64,000 nt of DNA from Chlamydiales bacterium (lineage in GTDB: Bacteria; Chlamydiota; Chlamydiia; Chlamydiales; JAAZZY01): contig CBDBKM010000002.1 in assembly GCA_965206695.1 (NCBI GenBank), positions 32,001-96,000 on the forward strand. Direction: 5' to 3'. The notes below the pieces were generated by a model. That model was not told where the DNA came from. It worked only from the letters and a program-made list of their open reading frames with translations, and did no database searches. Within the stretch, counting starts at the first letter, position 1; each line of letters begins with the position of its first letter. Positions 1-10,330 of the stretch are shown here, in pieces. The position numbers were made by a program, and so were the translations under genes.

Positions 1-1914
1 AACATCAAATGTTTCAATCCCCAATCCTTGTAAAATATTTTCAACGATTCCTTTTAAGTCGAAAAAATCAACTTCTTTTGCTTCTTCAGACCAATTTGAA
101 GGTTTCTTTTGACCTGTTAAAATCAGGGCTAACATGCATTGTTCTTTAAACTGATTTTGTAATTTAAAATGGATTCGTCCAATCTCGAAACCGCTGATAT
201 TATGGTTTTGACGGTCTAAATTATGTTTAATAGTTGTAAGAAGACCAAGTAATAAAGAAGTGCGTAATATGGAATGTTCGATGGAGGTAGGGTTCAATAC
301 AGATATTACTGAATCATTATCTAACTCTTTTTCTAAAACTTTTTCAAGTAATAGAGGATTGACCAGATCACAAGTAATAAATTCTTGCAGACCTTCTTGA
401 AGACAAAGCTGATGTGTTTTCCTTTCATATAAATAAATAGGAGAATGAGGTAAATCAGAAGTTGCGTAAGTCACTTTGGCTGATTCGATATTATCATAAC
501 CATATATTCGGGCTACCTCTTCAATAAGATCGACCTCGATTTGAAGATCGTTACGGTATGTCGGTACTTCAATAGAAAAAAGATCCTGATTAAACTGTGT
601 TTTAAAATTTAGGCGGTGGAAAATACCTTCAATTTCACTAACAGCTAATTGAATCCCTAATAATCGATTAATGCGACTATAACGACAAGTTATGACCTTA
701 GGCAGAAAATCATGTTGTTTAATATCGATCGGGCCTTTGGCGATTTCCCCACCGGCTAGTTGTTGAATGAGCATCGTAGCTTTTTCTAAAGCTGTAATGA
801 CATTATTGGGATCAATATGCCTTTCAAATCGTTTAGAAGCTTCAGTCTGTAAACTTAATTCCTTACTGGATTTCCTGATAAATTTGGGATTGAAGTAGGC
901 TGATTCTAATAAAATATTTTGAGTTGATTGAGTGACTTCAGAATAAGCACCTCCCATAATACCGGCTATGGCAATAGGTTTTTTTCCGTCATAGATAAAA
1001 AGAGTGTTTGCTTTAACTAAACGTGTTTCTCCATCAAGAGTCGTAAAAGAAGTGTTCTCTTTAGAAGCTAAGACTTGGATCTTTTTTTGCTCAATCAGAT
1101 CATAATCAAAAGCATGAAGAGGTTGACCGTACTCAAAGAGAATGAGGTTTATAACATCAACGACATTATTTATAGGACGAATATTAAGAAGCTGTAGCTT
1201 GCGTTTTAGCCAGTCCGGAGAAGGAGCTACGGTTGCGCCTTTGATATGACGACAAGCATAACGAGGGCAAGCAGTAGGATCTTCGATATGAACGCTAATA
1301 AGATCATCAATCGTTGTATTCGGTTGCTCTTTTATTTCACAAATAGGCACGTGCAAGGGAGAATTAATAGAAGCGCTTAGTTCTCTTGCAATGCCGATAA
1401 CACTAAAACAATGACCTAGGTTGGGTGTTAAAGAGATATCAAAAACTTCATCGGAATAAACGTTCGATAAGTCTTGTCCTAGTTCAAGTTCTTCAGAAAG
1501 AATCATAATCCCATCTTCATTTCCAAAAAGATTTAATTCTTGTGAGGCACATAACATGCCAAAAGAATCCATTCCTCTTAACGAACTCTTTTTAATCTTT
1601 ATGATTTTTCCATCATAATTTAGAGAGGCGCCGACCTTAGCTAAAGGAGTATGAATCCCTTGTTTACAATTCACGGCTCCGCATATAACTTGATATTCTT
1701 CAACACCGTCTGTTACTTTTGCGATAACAAGTTTGTCGGCATTCGGATGTTGTTGAACATCAAGCACTTTGCACGCTACAACATCAGAAAAAGAAGGAGA
1801 AATTTGTTCAATTGCATCTACTTCTAATCCAATATATGTTAAAATGGTTGCAATTTCAATCGAAGAGAGATCGCATTTGATATATTCTTTTAGCCAACTT
1901 AAAGGAACACGCAT
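1..1914 (-). CDS. pheT: Phenylalanine--tRNA ligase beta subunit (C-terminus runs off the window)
   Basis: Not in the ORF track. Reverse complement from 1914 reads MRVPLSWLKEYI..., then QHPNADKL, ICGAVN, LRGMDSFGMLC, ISLTPNLGHC, NNVVDVIN, GQPLHAFD, TYRNDL, all PheT motifs. Confidence 0.96.
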   Translation of the reverse strand, partial: MRVPLSWLKEYIKCDLSSIEIATILTYIGLEVDAIEQISPSFSDVVACKVLDVQQHPNADKLVIAKVTDGVEEYQVICGAVNCKQGIHTPLAKVGASLNYDGKIIKIKKSSLRGMDSFGMLCASQELNLFGNEDGIMILSEELELGQDLSNVYSDEVFDISLTPNLGHCFSVIGIARELSASINSPLHVPICEIKEQPNTTIDDLISVHIEDPTACPRYACRHIKGATVAPSPDWLKRKLQLLNIRPINNVVDVINLILFEYGQPLHAFDYDLIEQKKIQVLASKENTSFTTLDGETRLVKANTLFIYDGKKPIAIAGIMGGAYSEVTQSTQNILLESAYFNPKFIRKSSKELSLQTEASKRFERHIDPNNVITALEKATMLIQQLAGGEIAKGPIDIKQHDFLPKVITCRYSRINRLLGIQLAVSEIEGIFHRLNFKTQFNQDLFSIEVPTYRNDLQIEVDLIEEVARIYGYDNIESAKVTYATSDLPHSPIYLYERKTHQLCLQEGLQEFITCDLVNPLLLEKVLEKELDNDSVISVLNPTSIEHSILRTSLLLGLLTTIKHNLDRQNHNISGFEIGRIHFKLQNQFKEQCMLALILTGQKKPSNWSEEAKEVDFFDLKGIVENILQGLGIETFDV

Positions 1915-2133
1915 AAAATCTTAATTTTATTTTATATAAACAGATAACTTAACGCTTTATACCAAAATAGATCTATTGCAGAAAAGGTAAAACTGAATAT
2001 ATTTTTTTATTGATTGTGATTTTTTTATCGTGTTATTCCTGAAATTTAGATCTTAAAATGGATTGGAATCTACAAGTGCACAATTTCAAAATGATCATCT
2101 TAATTGGGATTGATTACTATTTAAGGAGTATAA

Positions 2134-3411
2134 ATGACTTTATCTAATCAGCCCTTTTCTGAGGAGCGGGAAGAAGAAATTGTAAATCCAACAAATCGAT
2201 GGATGGGGCGAGCAAAATGGTTGACACATGCTTTATTATTTAGTGGGGCATTGAATATTGGTTTAGTTGCTACTTTCGTCTATTTTGTTTTGCAAGAAAA
2301 ATCAGAATCTCAAGAATATGCACTAGAACCTCTTGAAGAACCCCAAGAGTCATCCCCTGAAATTTCAATCGATACACGATCAAATAGGGAAGTACTTAAC
2401 GAACTTAGTACTCTAAACTCAGATACCCTTATTGTAAAATTGAATAGCACCCAATTAGTTGAAGATGGATTTTATGAAAGAGATTTAGCATTAGCTTATT
2501 TAGTTGCCTTTTATGATTTTGATTTGCAAAGAGCTCTTTTAACTCTGCCGATTCAAAAAAGACAGTTCTCTTTTAGCTCACCTTATTTACCTGCAAAATC
2601 ACATATTACTGTTTATTCCGGTTTGACAGATACAGAATATGAGAGAATTATATATTTTGCTAAGACAGAGCAATGGCCTTATACCTCTAGAGGATTATTT
2701 AAACGTCTTCAATCTCTTGGAATGGATACGGATCATAAATTATGTGAGGCTTTTTATCTTACCTCTGATTTTATGCTTATAGAAGCTTTATTTAGCCGAG
2801 CCGATATTACGGTTTTTCGGAAAGAATTATTAGAACTTGTTCTTGAAGGCAGTTGGCATGATTTTTCTATCTTTGTGGACGATCAAAGAAAAGCTCAAGA
2901 TTTGTCTCTATCAAGAAGAATTCGATTTTTGTTAGATTATATTTATTCGGGCTCTCAAAAAGCTGCTTACCTTTTGTTAAAGGTAGATCCTATATTTGCT
3001 TTAAAAAAATTAGATGATAATCAAGTACTAACGATTTTACGTCTGTTAACATCAAAGACAGAAATCTCTAAAGAATTTGCTCTTAATATTTTAAAAAGTA
3101 ATCGAAGTGATAATATTTTAAACCAGGCCTCATATCTACTTTACCTATATGAAGGAGAAATTTTAGACTCGTATGATCATCAGTTGGCATTAAGACGTTT
3201 TCAGAAACCAAACTCCAAAAAGCTATCCACAAACCATATTACGATCCCACCGAAAGCCTCAATGGGAGATCAAAAAGTTTATACTATTCAGAAAGGAGAT
3301 ACTTTGTGGAAAATTGCCCGCAATCATGATGTTGAAGTAGCTGCTCTAAAACAAAAGAATCATTTGGAGTCAGATATTATCCACATTGGACAGATAATAC
3401 AGATTCCTTAA
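2134..3411 (+). CDS. Membrane-anchored protein with C-terminal LysM domain
   Basis: N-terminal hydrophobic segment; C-terminal YTIQKGDTLWKIARNHDV...IHIGQIIQIP is a LysM motif; AAGGAG ribosome-binding site upstream. Confidence 0.88.
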   Translation: MTLSNQPFSEEREEEIVNPTNRWMGRAKWLTHALLFSGALNIGLVATFVYFVLQEKSESQEYALEPLEEPQESSPEISIDTRSNREVLNELSTLNSDTLIVKLNSTQLVEDGFYERDLALAYLVAFYDFDLQRALLTLPIQKRQFSFSSPYLPAKSHITVYSGLTDTEYERIIYFAKTEQWPYTSRGLFKRLQSLGMDTDHKLCEAFYLTSDFMLIEALFSRADITVFRKELLELVLEGSWHDFSIFVDDQRKAQDLSLSRRIRFLLDYIYSGSQKAAYLLLKVDPIFALKKLDDNQVLTILRLLTSKTEISKEFALNILKSNRSDNILNQASYLLYLYEGEILDSYDHQLALRRFQKPNSKKLSTNHITIPPKASMGDQKVYTIQKGDTLWKIARNHDVEVAALKQKNHLESDIIHIGQIIQIP

Positions 3412-3617
3412 GGGACAGGATCATGGCCACCTCCATTCCGGGGATGGCATTTAAAAAGACGTTTAATTGTCAGCCATGATCCTTTCATAACCCCATGTTT
3501 TTCGTATGCCTCTTTAGCATAGTTGGAGCAACTAGGATAAAAACGGCAACAATTTCCCAAAAATGGACTTAAGGTCCATTGATATAGTTTAATAAAGAAA
3601 ATCAATATATATTTCAT
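3408..3617 (-). CDS. yidD: Membrane protein insertion efficiency factor YidD
   Basis: CRFYPSCSNYA...KGSWLTIKRLFKCHP...GGHDPVP signature. Confidence 0.95.
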   Translation of the reverse strand: MKYILIFFIKLYQWTLSPFLGNCCRFYPSCSNYAKEAYEKHGVMKGSWLTIKRLFKCHPRNGGGHDPVP

Positions 3618-3819
3618 CTATCCCTAAGCAAATGTTCTTATTGTACGATTTCATTTTGTAAAAGTTTAGCATAAACTTTCTTCTATTCGTCTTAAAATTG
3701 CAAAAAATCCGCATCCTAATCCTGTGTCGGCATGATCAATTGAAGCACGGCCGACAAGAGATGATGAAGATCCGACTAATACTGCCGGGGCTTTACTTTT
3801 AGTAGTACTACAATCTTAT

Positions 3820-3866
3820 GACAATCAAGCGAGAAAACCCTTTCCTTTAGGGTTGGGAGCTGTCAA
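3820..3866 (+). mobile_element. 47-bp IS605-family scar (left end fused to right end through one hairpin)
   Basis: TTAT|GACAATCAAGCGAGAAAA matches the left end at 15284/59820/50145; CCC...TTTAGGGTTGGGAGCTGTCAA matches the right end at 14021/58499/21289. Confidence 0.85.
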
Positions 3867-3994
3867 CTCTAACATCTTATCCAAAATAGCTTTAATACCA
3901 CCGGTTTGTCTACTAATCGTTTGGATCCAAGCGATTGGTCAGTTGTTAACTCACAAAAAGGACAGGTGTTATCTCAGAATATTAAGTTAAGAAG

Positions 3995-4018
3995 ATAGAC
4001 GCACAAAAGTGCGTCTAT
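3995..4018. terminator. Stem-loop downstream of rpsD, probable intrinsic terminator
   Basis: ATAGACGCAC-AAAA-GTGCGTCTAT, perfect 10-bp stem, 7 nt after the rpsD stop. Confidence 0.7.
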
Positions 4019-4025
4019 TATTATT

Positions 4026-4643
4026 TTACTTAGTATGTGCTAAGAAGTCACAAATAACAGCTGTGTTAATTGGAATAGGTAATGATATCTGATCCGGATG
4101 CGGGAATACTTCAATTTGACCGGAATAATTCTTTTCATCAATGCTACAATACTCAGGAATTGTTATATGAGTATTTTGTCTAGCTGTCAGAACAATAGGA
4201 ATATTCCTAGACTTTTCCTTAACGGATACAACCATTTCGGGTCGAACTTGGAAAGATCGTCGATCAACTTTTTCCCCATTTACAAGGATATGTCCATGTG
4301 AAACGAGTTGATGTGCTGCAAATATTGTTGGTGCTAACTTTAAACGATATACGATGTTATCTAATCGACATTCAAGTAGCTCTAATAGTTTCTGAGCGAC
4401 ATTTCCTTTTTTTACGGCATGCTTATAGTAGATTACCAGCTGTTTTTCAGTTATCATACCGTAAACGGCTTTAAGCTTTTGTTTCTCTTCTAATTGCATC
4501 CCATAGTCAGATTTCTTACGGCGTCTAGCCCCATGCATGCCCGGAGGATTTTGCTTATGAATCAGCGGGTTGCGTGCCCTGCCAAAAATGTTTGCACCAA
4601 ATTTTCTTGCTATACGGTTTTTTGGGCCCCTGTATCGAGACAT
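4026..4643 (-). CDS. rpsD: 30S ribosomal protein S4
   Basis: [51 protein letters not shown]. Start moved to the ATG at 4643, which has AGGAG upstream. Confidence 0.97.
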   Translation of the reverse strand: MSRYRGPKNRIARKFGANIFGRARNPLIHKQNPPGMHGARRRKKSDYGMQLEEKQKLKAVYGMITEKQLVIYYKHAVKKGNVAQKLLELLECRLDNIVYRLKLAPTIFAAHQLVSHGHILVNGEKVDRRSFQVRPEMVVSVKEKSRNIPIVLTARQNTHITIPEYCSIDEKNYSGQIEVFPHPDQISLPIPINTAVICDFLAHTK

Positions 4644-4847
4644 GTAATCTCCTAAAAATTGATTATCATTTACTTTTTTTAAATAATAGCGATCGCAAAA
4701 GGTTACAACGAAAGCAGCTTTTAAAACAAGTATAAGTTCGGTTTTTTGTTTAAAAATTTCTTTAATCGTTTTCAATAAGATAATTTTACGCTATACTTTC
4801 TCTCAATTTGATAATTAATCTCAAGTATTTAAAAAAGAAGATGTCAA

Positions 4848-5837
4848 ATGAGGAGGAAAGTAATGACAATGGTTAAAACCAATTATTTAGTATTATCTTA
4901 CTACTATTTCACACCTATTGATCAACCTGAAGTAGAGCTAAATAGCCATAAAAATTTTGTTAAAAACAGGGATGTTTCGGGAAGAATTTATATTTCATCA
5001 GAAGGTATTAATGGTCAAATGAGTGGTTCATCAAAGGATTGCCGGGAATATATGGATTGGATGAATCAACATCCTTTATTTGCATCTATGGATTTTCGTA
5101 TTACTAAACATTCGGAAAATATTTTCCCTAAAATGACAGTTAAAATTCGTGATCAATTAGTTGCTTTAGATAGAAAAATCGATTTTAAAAATCGAGGAAA
5201 ATATCTTACTCCTAAAGAGTGGAAAGAAGCTTTAGAAAGTGATGCGGATCATTTACTGATAGATGTAAGAAATGATTATGAATGGGAAATTGGTCATTTT
5301 GATAAGGCCGAATTACCTCGCTATAAAACATTTCGTGAATTTAATGATTATGTAAAACAACTGAAGAAAAAGCCCAAGGCTGAAAAGCAAAAGATAATGA
5401 TGTATTGTACCGGTGGCATTCGCTGTGAATTATATTCGTCCTTCTTAAAAGAAAAGGGTTTTGAAGATGTTTATCAACTACAAGGCGGCGTTATTAATTA
5501 TGGCCTGAATGAAGGCAATAAACATTGGTTGGGCAACCTGTTTGTATTTGATGATCGATTGAGTGTCCCTATTTGTGAAGAAAAGGGTACTACTATTGGC
5601 CACTGTCATCACTGTCAGACATCCAATGATGACTATTTTAATTGTGCAAACATGGATTGTAATGAACTGTTTTTATGTTGCGGCGATTGCTTAGAAAAAT
5701 ATCAGGGATGTTGTCAGAAATCGTGTATGACAGCCAAAAGGGTTAGACCTTTTGATCAGGTTTTAAATAAACCGTTTAGGAAGTGGTATCATTATTATCA
5801 AAGTAAAGACGTTAAAAGCGCATCAAAGAGGGATTAA
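4848..5837 (+). CDS. trhO: Rhodanese-domain tRNA uridine(34) hydroxylase (UPF0176/YceA)
   Basis: GRIYISSEGINGQ, IDVRNDYEWEIGHF, MYCTGGIRCE, LFVFDDR and a Cys-rich C-terminus. The start may be a few codons downstream. Confidence 0.92.
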   Translation: MRRKVMTMVKTNYLVLSYYYFTPIDQPEVELNSHKNFVKNRDVSGRIYISSEGINGQMSGSSKDCREYMDWMNQHPLFASMDFRITKHSENIFPKMTVKIRDQLVALDRKIDFKNRGKYLTPKEWKEALESDADHLLIDVRNDYEWEIGHFDKAELPRYKTFREFNDYVKQLKKKPKAEKQKIMMYCTGGIRCELYSSFLKEKGFEDVYQLQGGVINYGLNEGNKHWLGNLFVFDDRLSVPICEEKGTTIGHCHHCQTSNDDYFNCANMDCNELFLCCGDCLEKYQGCCQKSCMTAKRVRPFDQVLNKPFRKWYHYYQSKDVKSASKRD

Positions 5838-6101
5838 ACTCTTTTTAAGGGTATCAATAAGATGCAGAACCAGTTTGACATCATGTTTGAAAAGAGCCAT
5901 ATAATTACCATTTTTGATGTCATCTTTCATTAGTTTGATTGTTTGATAAAATAAGTACAAGGGATTAGTTGGATCAATTTGACCTAAGTCTTGGCCTCCC
6001 GGTTCTGTTGAAGTACTTGCTTTATTAAGACTACCGGCAATAAAATTTTTAAGCCGGCTATTTGAAATTGCAGAAGCGTGAATTGTCATTATAATCTCCA
6101 T
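5823..6101 (-). CDS. Small hypothetical protein
   Basis: 92-aa ORF; GGAG precedes the internal ATG (MTIH...). No recognised motif. Confidence 0.45.
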   Translation of the reverse strand: MEIIMTIHASAISNSRLKNFIAGSLNKASTSTEPGGQDLGQIDPTNPLYLFYQTIKLMKDDIKNGNYMALFKHDVKLVLHLIDTLKKSLIPL

Positions 6102-6235
6102 TAAAGATATTGGAGTTTAAGGGCTACTATTATATAATAGTATCATATTTATTATTTTAATTCAAGTATTTGTTAATCGAGCGTAAGGCTTCTAATGTAA
6201 AAAGCTTTTAGCTTAAGTGATTTACTTTAAGTAGG

Positions 6236-8911
6236 TTGTATTTTATGGTGGATTTTGGTTTTGAATTAGTAGAGGATTTTAATTTAAAAAATCCCTTTTT
6301 AAAAATCCGAATTCAAGAAATTAGAGCAAACGGGACAGGAAAACCCATAGCTAAATCGAAGCATATTTATCAAGAAGATCTCTTAGGTTCTTTTAAGAAT
6401 GGAGCAAAACAGGTTATTACTATCCTTATCAAGGAAGAAATTGCTATTCTCCGTCTGAAAGGCATTTTTGAACAGATAGACACCCATCCTTTGAATCAAA
6501 TTCGCCTTCGTAAAAAGAATGCATATTCTATATTTGTAGAGCTAATAGGCTTAAATTCGCTCTATTTTCGCTCAAAACCTCTTAAAATGGAAAAACAACC
6601 ATTAACTCTTCTATGTAACATAATCAAGAGATCCGATGAGCTTTATGATTGTATGGTCACATTCAAGCTCCAAAAGGCTATTTATCATCTATCCGAAACG
6701 GATGTTATGGTAAAAGCGGGTGGTAATTGGTTAATTAAAGATAATATTTTTTGTACCTTAGATGAAGAATTGCCTTTTTCATGGCTGGAGAAGATAAGGG
6801 AACGCAAGCAAGTCATAATCTCTTCAAAAGAAAGAGAAGAAATTACCTTATTATTTGATAGTCCTTTAGTACAAATTAAAGAAGAGACTCAAATCACAAC
6901 TCAAGAAATTTTTCCTATCCTACAGTTCAAAGATTTTAGAGGAGCCTTTGCTAATCTTTTATTTGATTATGGACAAGGTAACATCGTATCCGGAAATGCC
7001 GTTACAAAAGATATTATTCGTGATGACAATCAAGAAAAAGCGTTTGAAGATGATTTAATAGAAGCCGGGTATCAAGCAAAAAACTTAGGCTCTTCTCATT
7101 ATTATTGTTCTATTGATCAAATTCCCATAACGCTCCGGCTACTATTAGAATTGGGCTGGACGATTCTGAATATAGAAGCCAAGGAGGTTATATTTCATGA
7201 CTCTATTGAAGCTTCTTTAAGTCGAGATAATGAAATGCTTTCTTTAAGTGGAAGAATTTATTACGGCTCTCAGCTAGTGCCTCTTGCTCAAATATGTCTT
7301 GCTTATCAAGAAAATCACGAGTTGTTGCCTCTTGAAGGTAATCAAGTTGCGTTATTGCCAAAAGCTTGGGTAAAAAAAGAGATCGGACCTTATTTTGATC
7401 AAATAATTATAGAGAACGAATCGGTGCAGATTCCTCTTAATAGGATCTCTTCATTAGACTCTTTAATTCAATCGAATAATCACTTTGAAATCAAGGAAGA
7501 GGTAAAGGAGATTCTTATCGGATTAAAACAAGAAGGTGATCTGTTAGTTCAGCTCCCCGGTTCGAATTTCTTAGGTGATTTAAGGATTTATCAGCAACAA
7601 GGTGTTGATTGGTTATCTTTTCTCTATCGTTATGGATTTCATGGCATTTTAGCAGACGATATGGGACTGGGCAAGACAGTGCAGGTCTTGGCTTTTCTTT
7701 CTACAATTGAATATAAAAAACCTACATTGATTATTGTTCCCACTACTTTGCTCTATAACTGGCAAAGGGAATGTATTCGTTTCTTAAATATAGAACCCTA
7801 TATTCATCACGGTAGTGACCGTATGAAAGATAGAGCATACCTTTTACAAGAGAGAGTGATCATAACTTCTTATGCTTTAATCCGAATAGATAATGAGCTT
7901 TTTTCTCAAATCGATTTTCAATGTATTTTTTTAGACGAAGCGCAAATGATAAAGAATGCGTATTCAAAAATTGCTCGTGTCATTTATGGCTTAACATCTC
8001 AATTCCGTTTGAGTATTACAGGTACGCCTATAGAGAATCGTATTGAAGAATTAGTCTCTCAATTTCATTTTTTATTTCCTTCGCTAATACCATTCAAAGC
8101 TAGAGGACAATATACCCAAAAAGATATCCCATGGGTTAAAAAAAGAACTTCTTCTTTTCTTCTTAGAAGAACAAAGGATCAGGTCGCAAAAGATTTACCT
8201 GAAAAGATTGAACAGGTTGTTTGGATTAAAATGCATGAAGAGCAAGAGCAACTATATCATGACACATTAGATCGTTTTCGAAACAAATTGTTAATTAAAA
8301 CGGAAAGCACAGTTAAAAAGTTTGAAATTTTTGAGACTTTATTGCGCTTAAGGCAAATTTGTTGTCATCCAAAACTCTACGATAAAGGTAAGCAAGAGTA
8401 TAAAAGCAGTAAATTTGATGCTCTTTTTGAAGATCTAAGAACTATTATTGAAGAAGGGAACAAGGTGTTAATTTATAGTCAATTTACATCCATGCTTCAT
8501 CTGATTAAAAAACAGGTGATTGATTATGGATGGGCGCATTGTTATTTAGACGGACAAACTAAAGATCGTCAGAAAGAAGTCGAACGATTTCAATCAGAGA
8601 AATCAACCCAAATATTTTTGATTAGCCTTAAAGCCGGTGGAGTAGGTTTGAATTTAACCGAGGCTGATTATGTACTGATTTATGATCCTTGGTGGAATGT
8701 TGCATTAGAGGACCAAGCCATTAATCGAGCACACCGTATAGGAAGAAAGAATAAGGTTATTGCTAAACGATATTTATGTTTAGAAAGCGTTGAAGAAAAA
8801 ATAATGGAATTGAAAAAAAATAAATATTCTCTTGTTCAAGAACTTATTGATGAAACGAAAGATGATTTTAGCGTTCCTTATGATGATATTTTAGATCTTT
8901 TTTCTTTATAA
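6236..8911 (+). CDS. SNF2/SWI2-family helicase-like ATPase
   Basis: ILADDMGLGKT, LDEAQMIKN, TGTPIEN, LRLRQICCHP, SLKAGGVGLNL, DPWWN, QAINRAHRIG. Confidence 0.95.
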   Translation: MYFMVDFGFELVEDFNLKNPFLKIRIQEIRANGTGKPIAKSKHIYQEDLLGSFKNGAKQVITILIKEEIAILRLKGIFEQIDTHPLNQIRLRKKNAYSIFVELIGLNSLYFRSKPLKMEKQPLTLLCNIIKRSDELYDCMVTFKLQKAIYHLSETDVMVKAGGNWLIKDNIFCTLDEELPFSWLEKIRERKQVIISSKEREEITLLFDSPLVQIKEETQITTQEIFPILQFKDFRGAFANLLFDYGQGNIVSGNAVTKDIIRDDNQEKAFEDDLIEAGYQAKNLGSSHYYCSIDQIPITLRLLLELGWTILNIEAKEVIFHDSIEASLSRDNEMLSLSGRIYYGSQLVPLAQICLAYQENHELLPLEGNQVALLPKAWVKKEIGPYFDQIIIENESVQIPLNRISSLDSLIQSNNHFEIKEEVKEILIGLKQEGDLLVQLPGSNFLGDLRIYQQQGVDWLSFLYRYGFHGILADDMGLGKTVQVLAFLSTIEYKKPTLIIVPTTLLYNWQRECIRFLNIEPYIHHGSDRMKDRAYLLQERVIITSYALIRIDNELFSQIDFQCIFLDEAQMIKNAYSKIARVIYGLTSQFRLSITGTPIENRIEELVSQFHFLFPSLIPFKARGQYTQKDIPWVKKRTSSFLLRRTKDQVAKDLPEKIEQVVWIKMHEEQEQLYHDTLDRFRNKLLIKTESTVKKFEIFETLLRLRQICCHPKLYDKGKQEYKSSKFDALFEDLRTIIEEGNKVLIYSQFTSMLHLIKKQVIDYGWAHCYLDGQTKDRQKEVERFQSEKSTQIFLISLKAGGVGLNLTEADYVLIYDPWWNVALEDQAINRAHRIGRKNKVIAKRYLCLESVEEKIMELKKNKYSLVQELIDETKDDFSVPYDDILDLFSL

Positions 8912-8994
8912 TTTAAATTTGTTTTAAATCTTTTTTTATGTAATACCCAAAAAAAAGAATTAGCTTTTCGAGTGAATAAAAGGAGGAAGTTAAC

Positions 8995-9684
8995 ATGGGA
9001 ACTATTTCGAAGTATTTTTTACCCTGCTTAATTGTTACCGGTCTTTGCGTCATACTGACCTCTTGTAAAAATATGACTCAAACGCATGACCGGAATTCTA
9101 AGAAAGATCAGATTTCCAATAAGGAATATACAGAACACGTTGTTTATCCCCAATCTACTGAAAAGACCGATGTTAAAGGATACATAAAAAGGGTTGTTCC
9201 TAGTGAAGGAAAAGAAGATCAAGACGATTCTTCTAGAAGAACGGATAAACCAAGTCATTATGATTCAGCTGATGACGCCCGAAATAGGTCTTATTATCAG
9301 GAGCACTCAAGAGGGAAATCCGAAGATAGTACCGGTAGATCTTCCGGAAGATCAGCTCAAAACTCATATGATAAAAAAGATGAGTATTCCGAGAGATCCG
9401 ATTATTATGATAAGCCTACCAGAAGAACAGGGCAAGGCACTTCCGGTAAGTATGGAGATAAGCCGGATTTTAAGGAAACAACTCAAAACCGGCAACCGCC
9501 AAATTATTATCGACAGCATCAACAAAAGAGAAGTTCTTCTAATAATGTCCCGGCCCCGACCCGGAGCTATTATGACTCTGTAAAAAAACGAAAGTCCGGC
9601 TATTCAAATTTTGTAAGAAGTCCGAGAAAAAATGATTATAGTGGGAAAGGTTCCCAAGCCTCATCAACAAATAATAATCGTTAA
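8995..9684 (+). CDS. Putative lipoprotein with a low-complexity, probably disordered body
   Basis: Signal peptide ending in ILTS-C lipobox; AGGAGG ribosome-binding site; S/R/D/K/Y-rich remainder. Confidence 0.7.
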   Translation: MGTISKYFLPCLIVTGLCVILTSCKNMTQTHDRNSKKDQISNKEYTEHVVYPQSTEKTDVKGYIKRVVPSEGKEDQDDSSRRTDKPSHYDSADDARNRSYYQEHSRGKSEDSTGRSSGRSAQNSYDKKDEYSERSDYYDKPTRRTGQGTSGKYGDKPDFKETTQNRQPPNYYRQHQQKRSSSNNVPAPTRSYYDSVKKRKSGYSNFVRSPRKNDYSGKGSQASSTNNNR

Positions 9685-10330
9685 TGATAATTGATCGGGA
9701 CTAACTTCTGAAAACGCTAAGCCCGAACACCTAACACTATTAACTTGGATAAAGGCTTTATAATAATTCCTTAATACATTCGTGACGAAACATCTATTAC
9801 CTCAAATTTTTCCCAAAATAAAATAACAAAATTCAAATAAAAGTTGTAATGTGCGAAACTCCTGAATATATCTCATTTGTTAACAGTGCCATATAAGATA
9901 GCTATTTCGATAAGGCTACTGTTGTCATCCAAATAAGAGGATTAGGAACAACTTAAACCCTAAATATTAAATATAGGTAAACTATCCCAGATATAGATCC
10001 CACTATTTGGTAAAAAAACGGGTTTTTCCTGTTACAACGACTTGTTTGCGAATCAAATTCTTCTTAAGTAACTAATAATCAAATATTAGAAGATATATTA
10101 AAAAATGTTTTAAATAAAATAATTCAAGTAATTAACCTAAAAAAGGCAAATTTATTAAAATTTTATGTTTAAAAAAACTTTTCTCGATAAAGCCAACAAA
10201 TCGCATAACTTTTTAATCATCTGTAAGTTAATTATATTCAAATAGATATAAGATTTTTTAAGTTTATTTATAAATTATAAATATTTATAATTTATACTTT
10301 GTTTTATTAATACAAAGTTATTAGGTATTT

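Noticed and set aside
4644..4775. 44-aa N-terminal extension of RpsD in the ORF track
   Set aside because: The conserved S4 start with an RBS is at 4643.
9028..9583. Overlapping ORFs 9028-9258 (-) and 9194-9583 (+)
   Set aside because: The 8995 frame has the RBS and lipobox; the others lack support.
9690..10330. Long intergenic region as a possible ncRNA or pseudogene
   Set aside because: No recognisable RNA motif or sustained reading frame.
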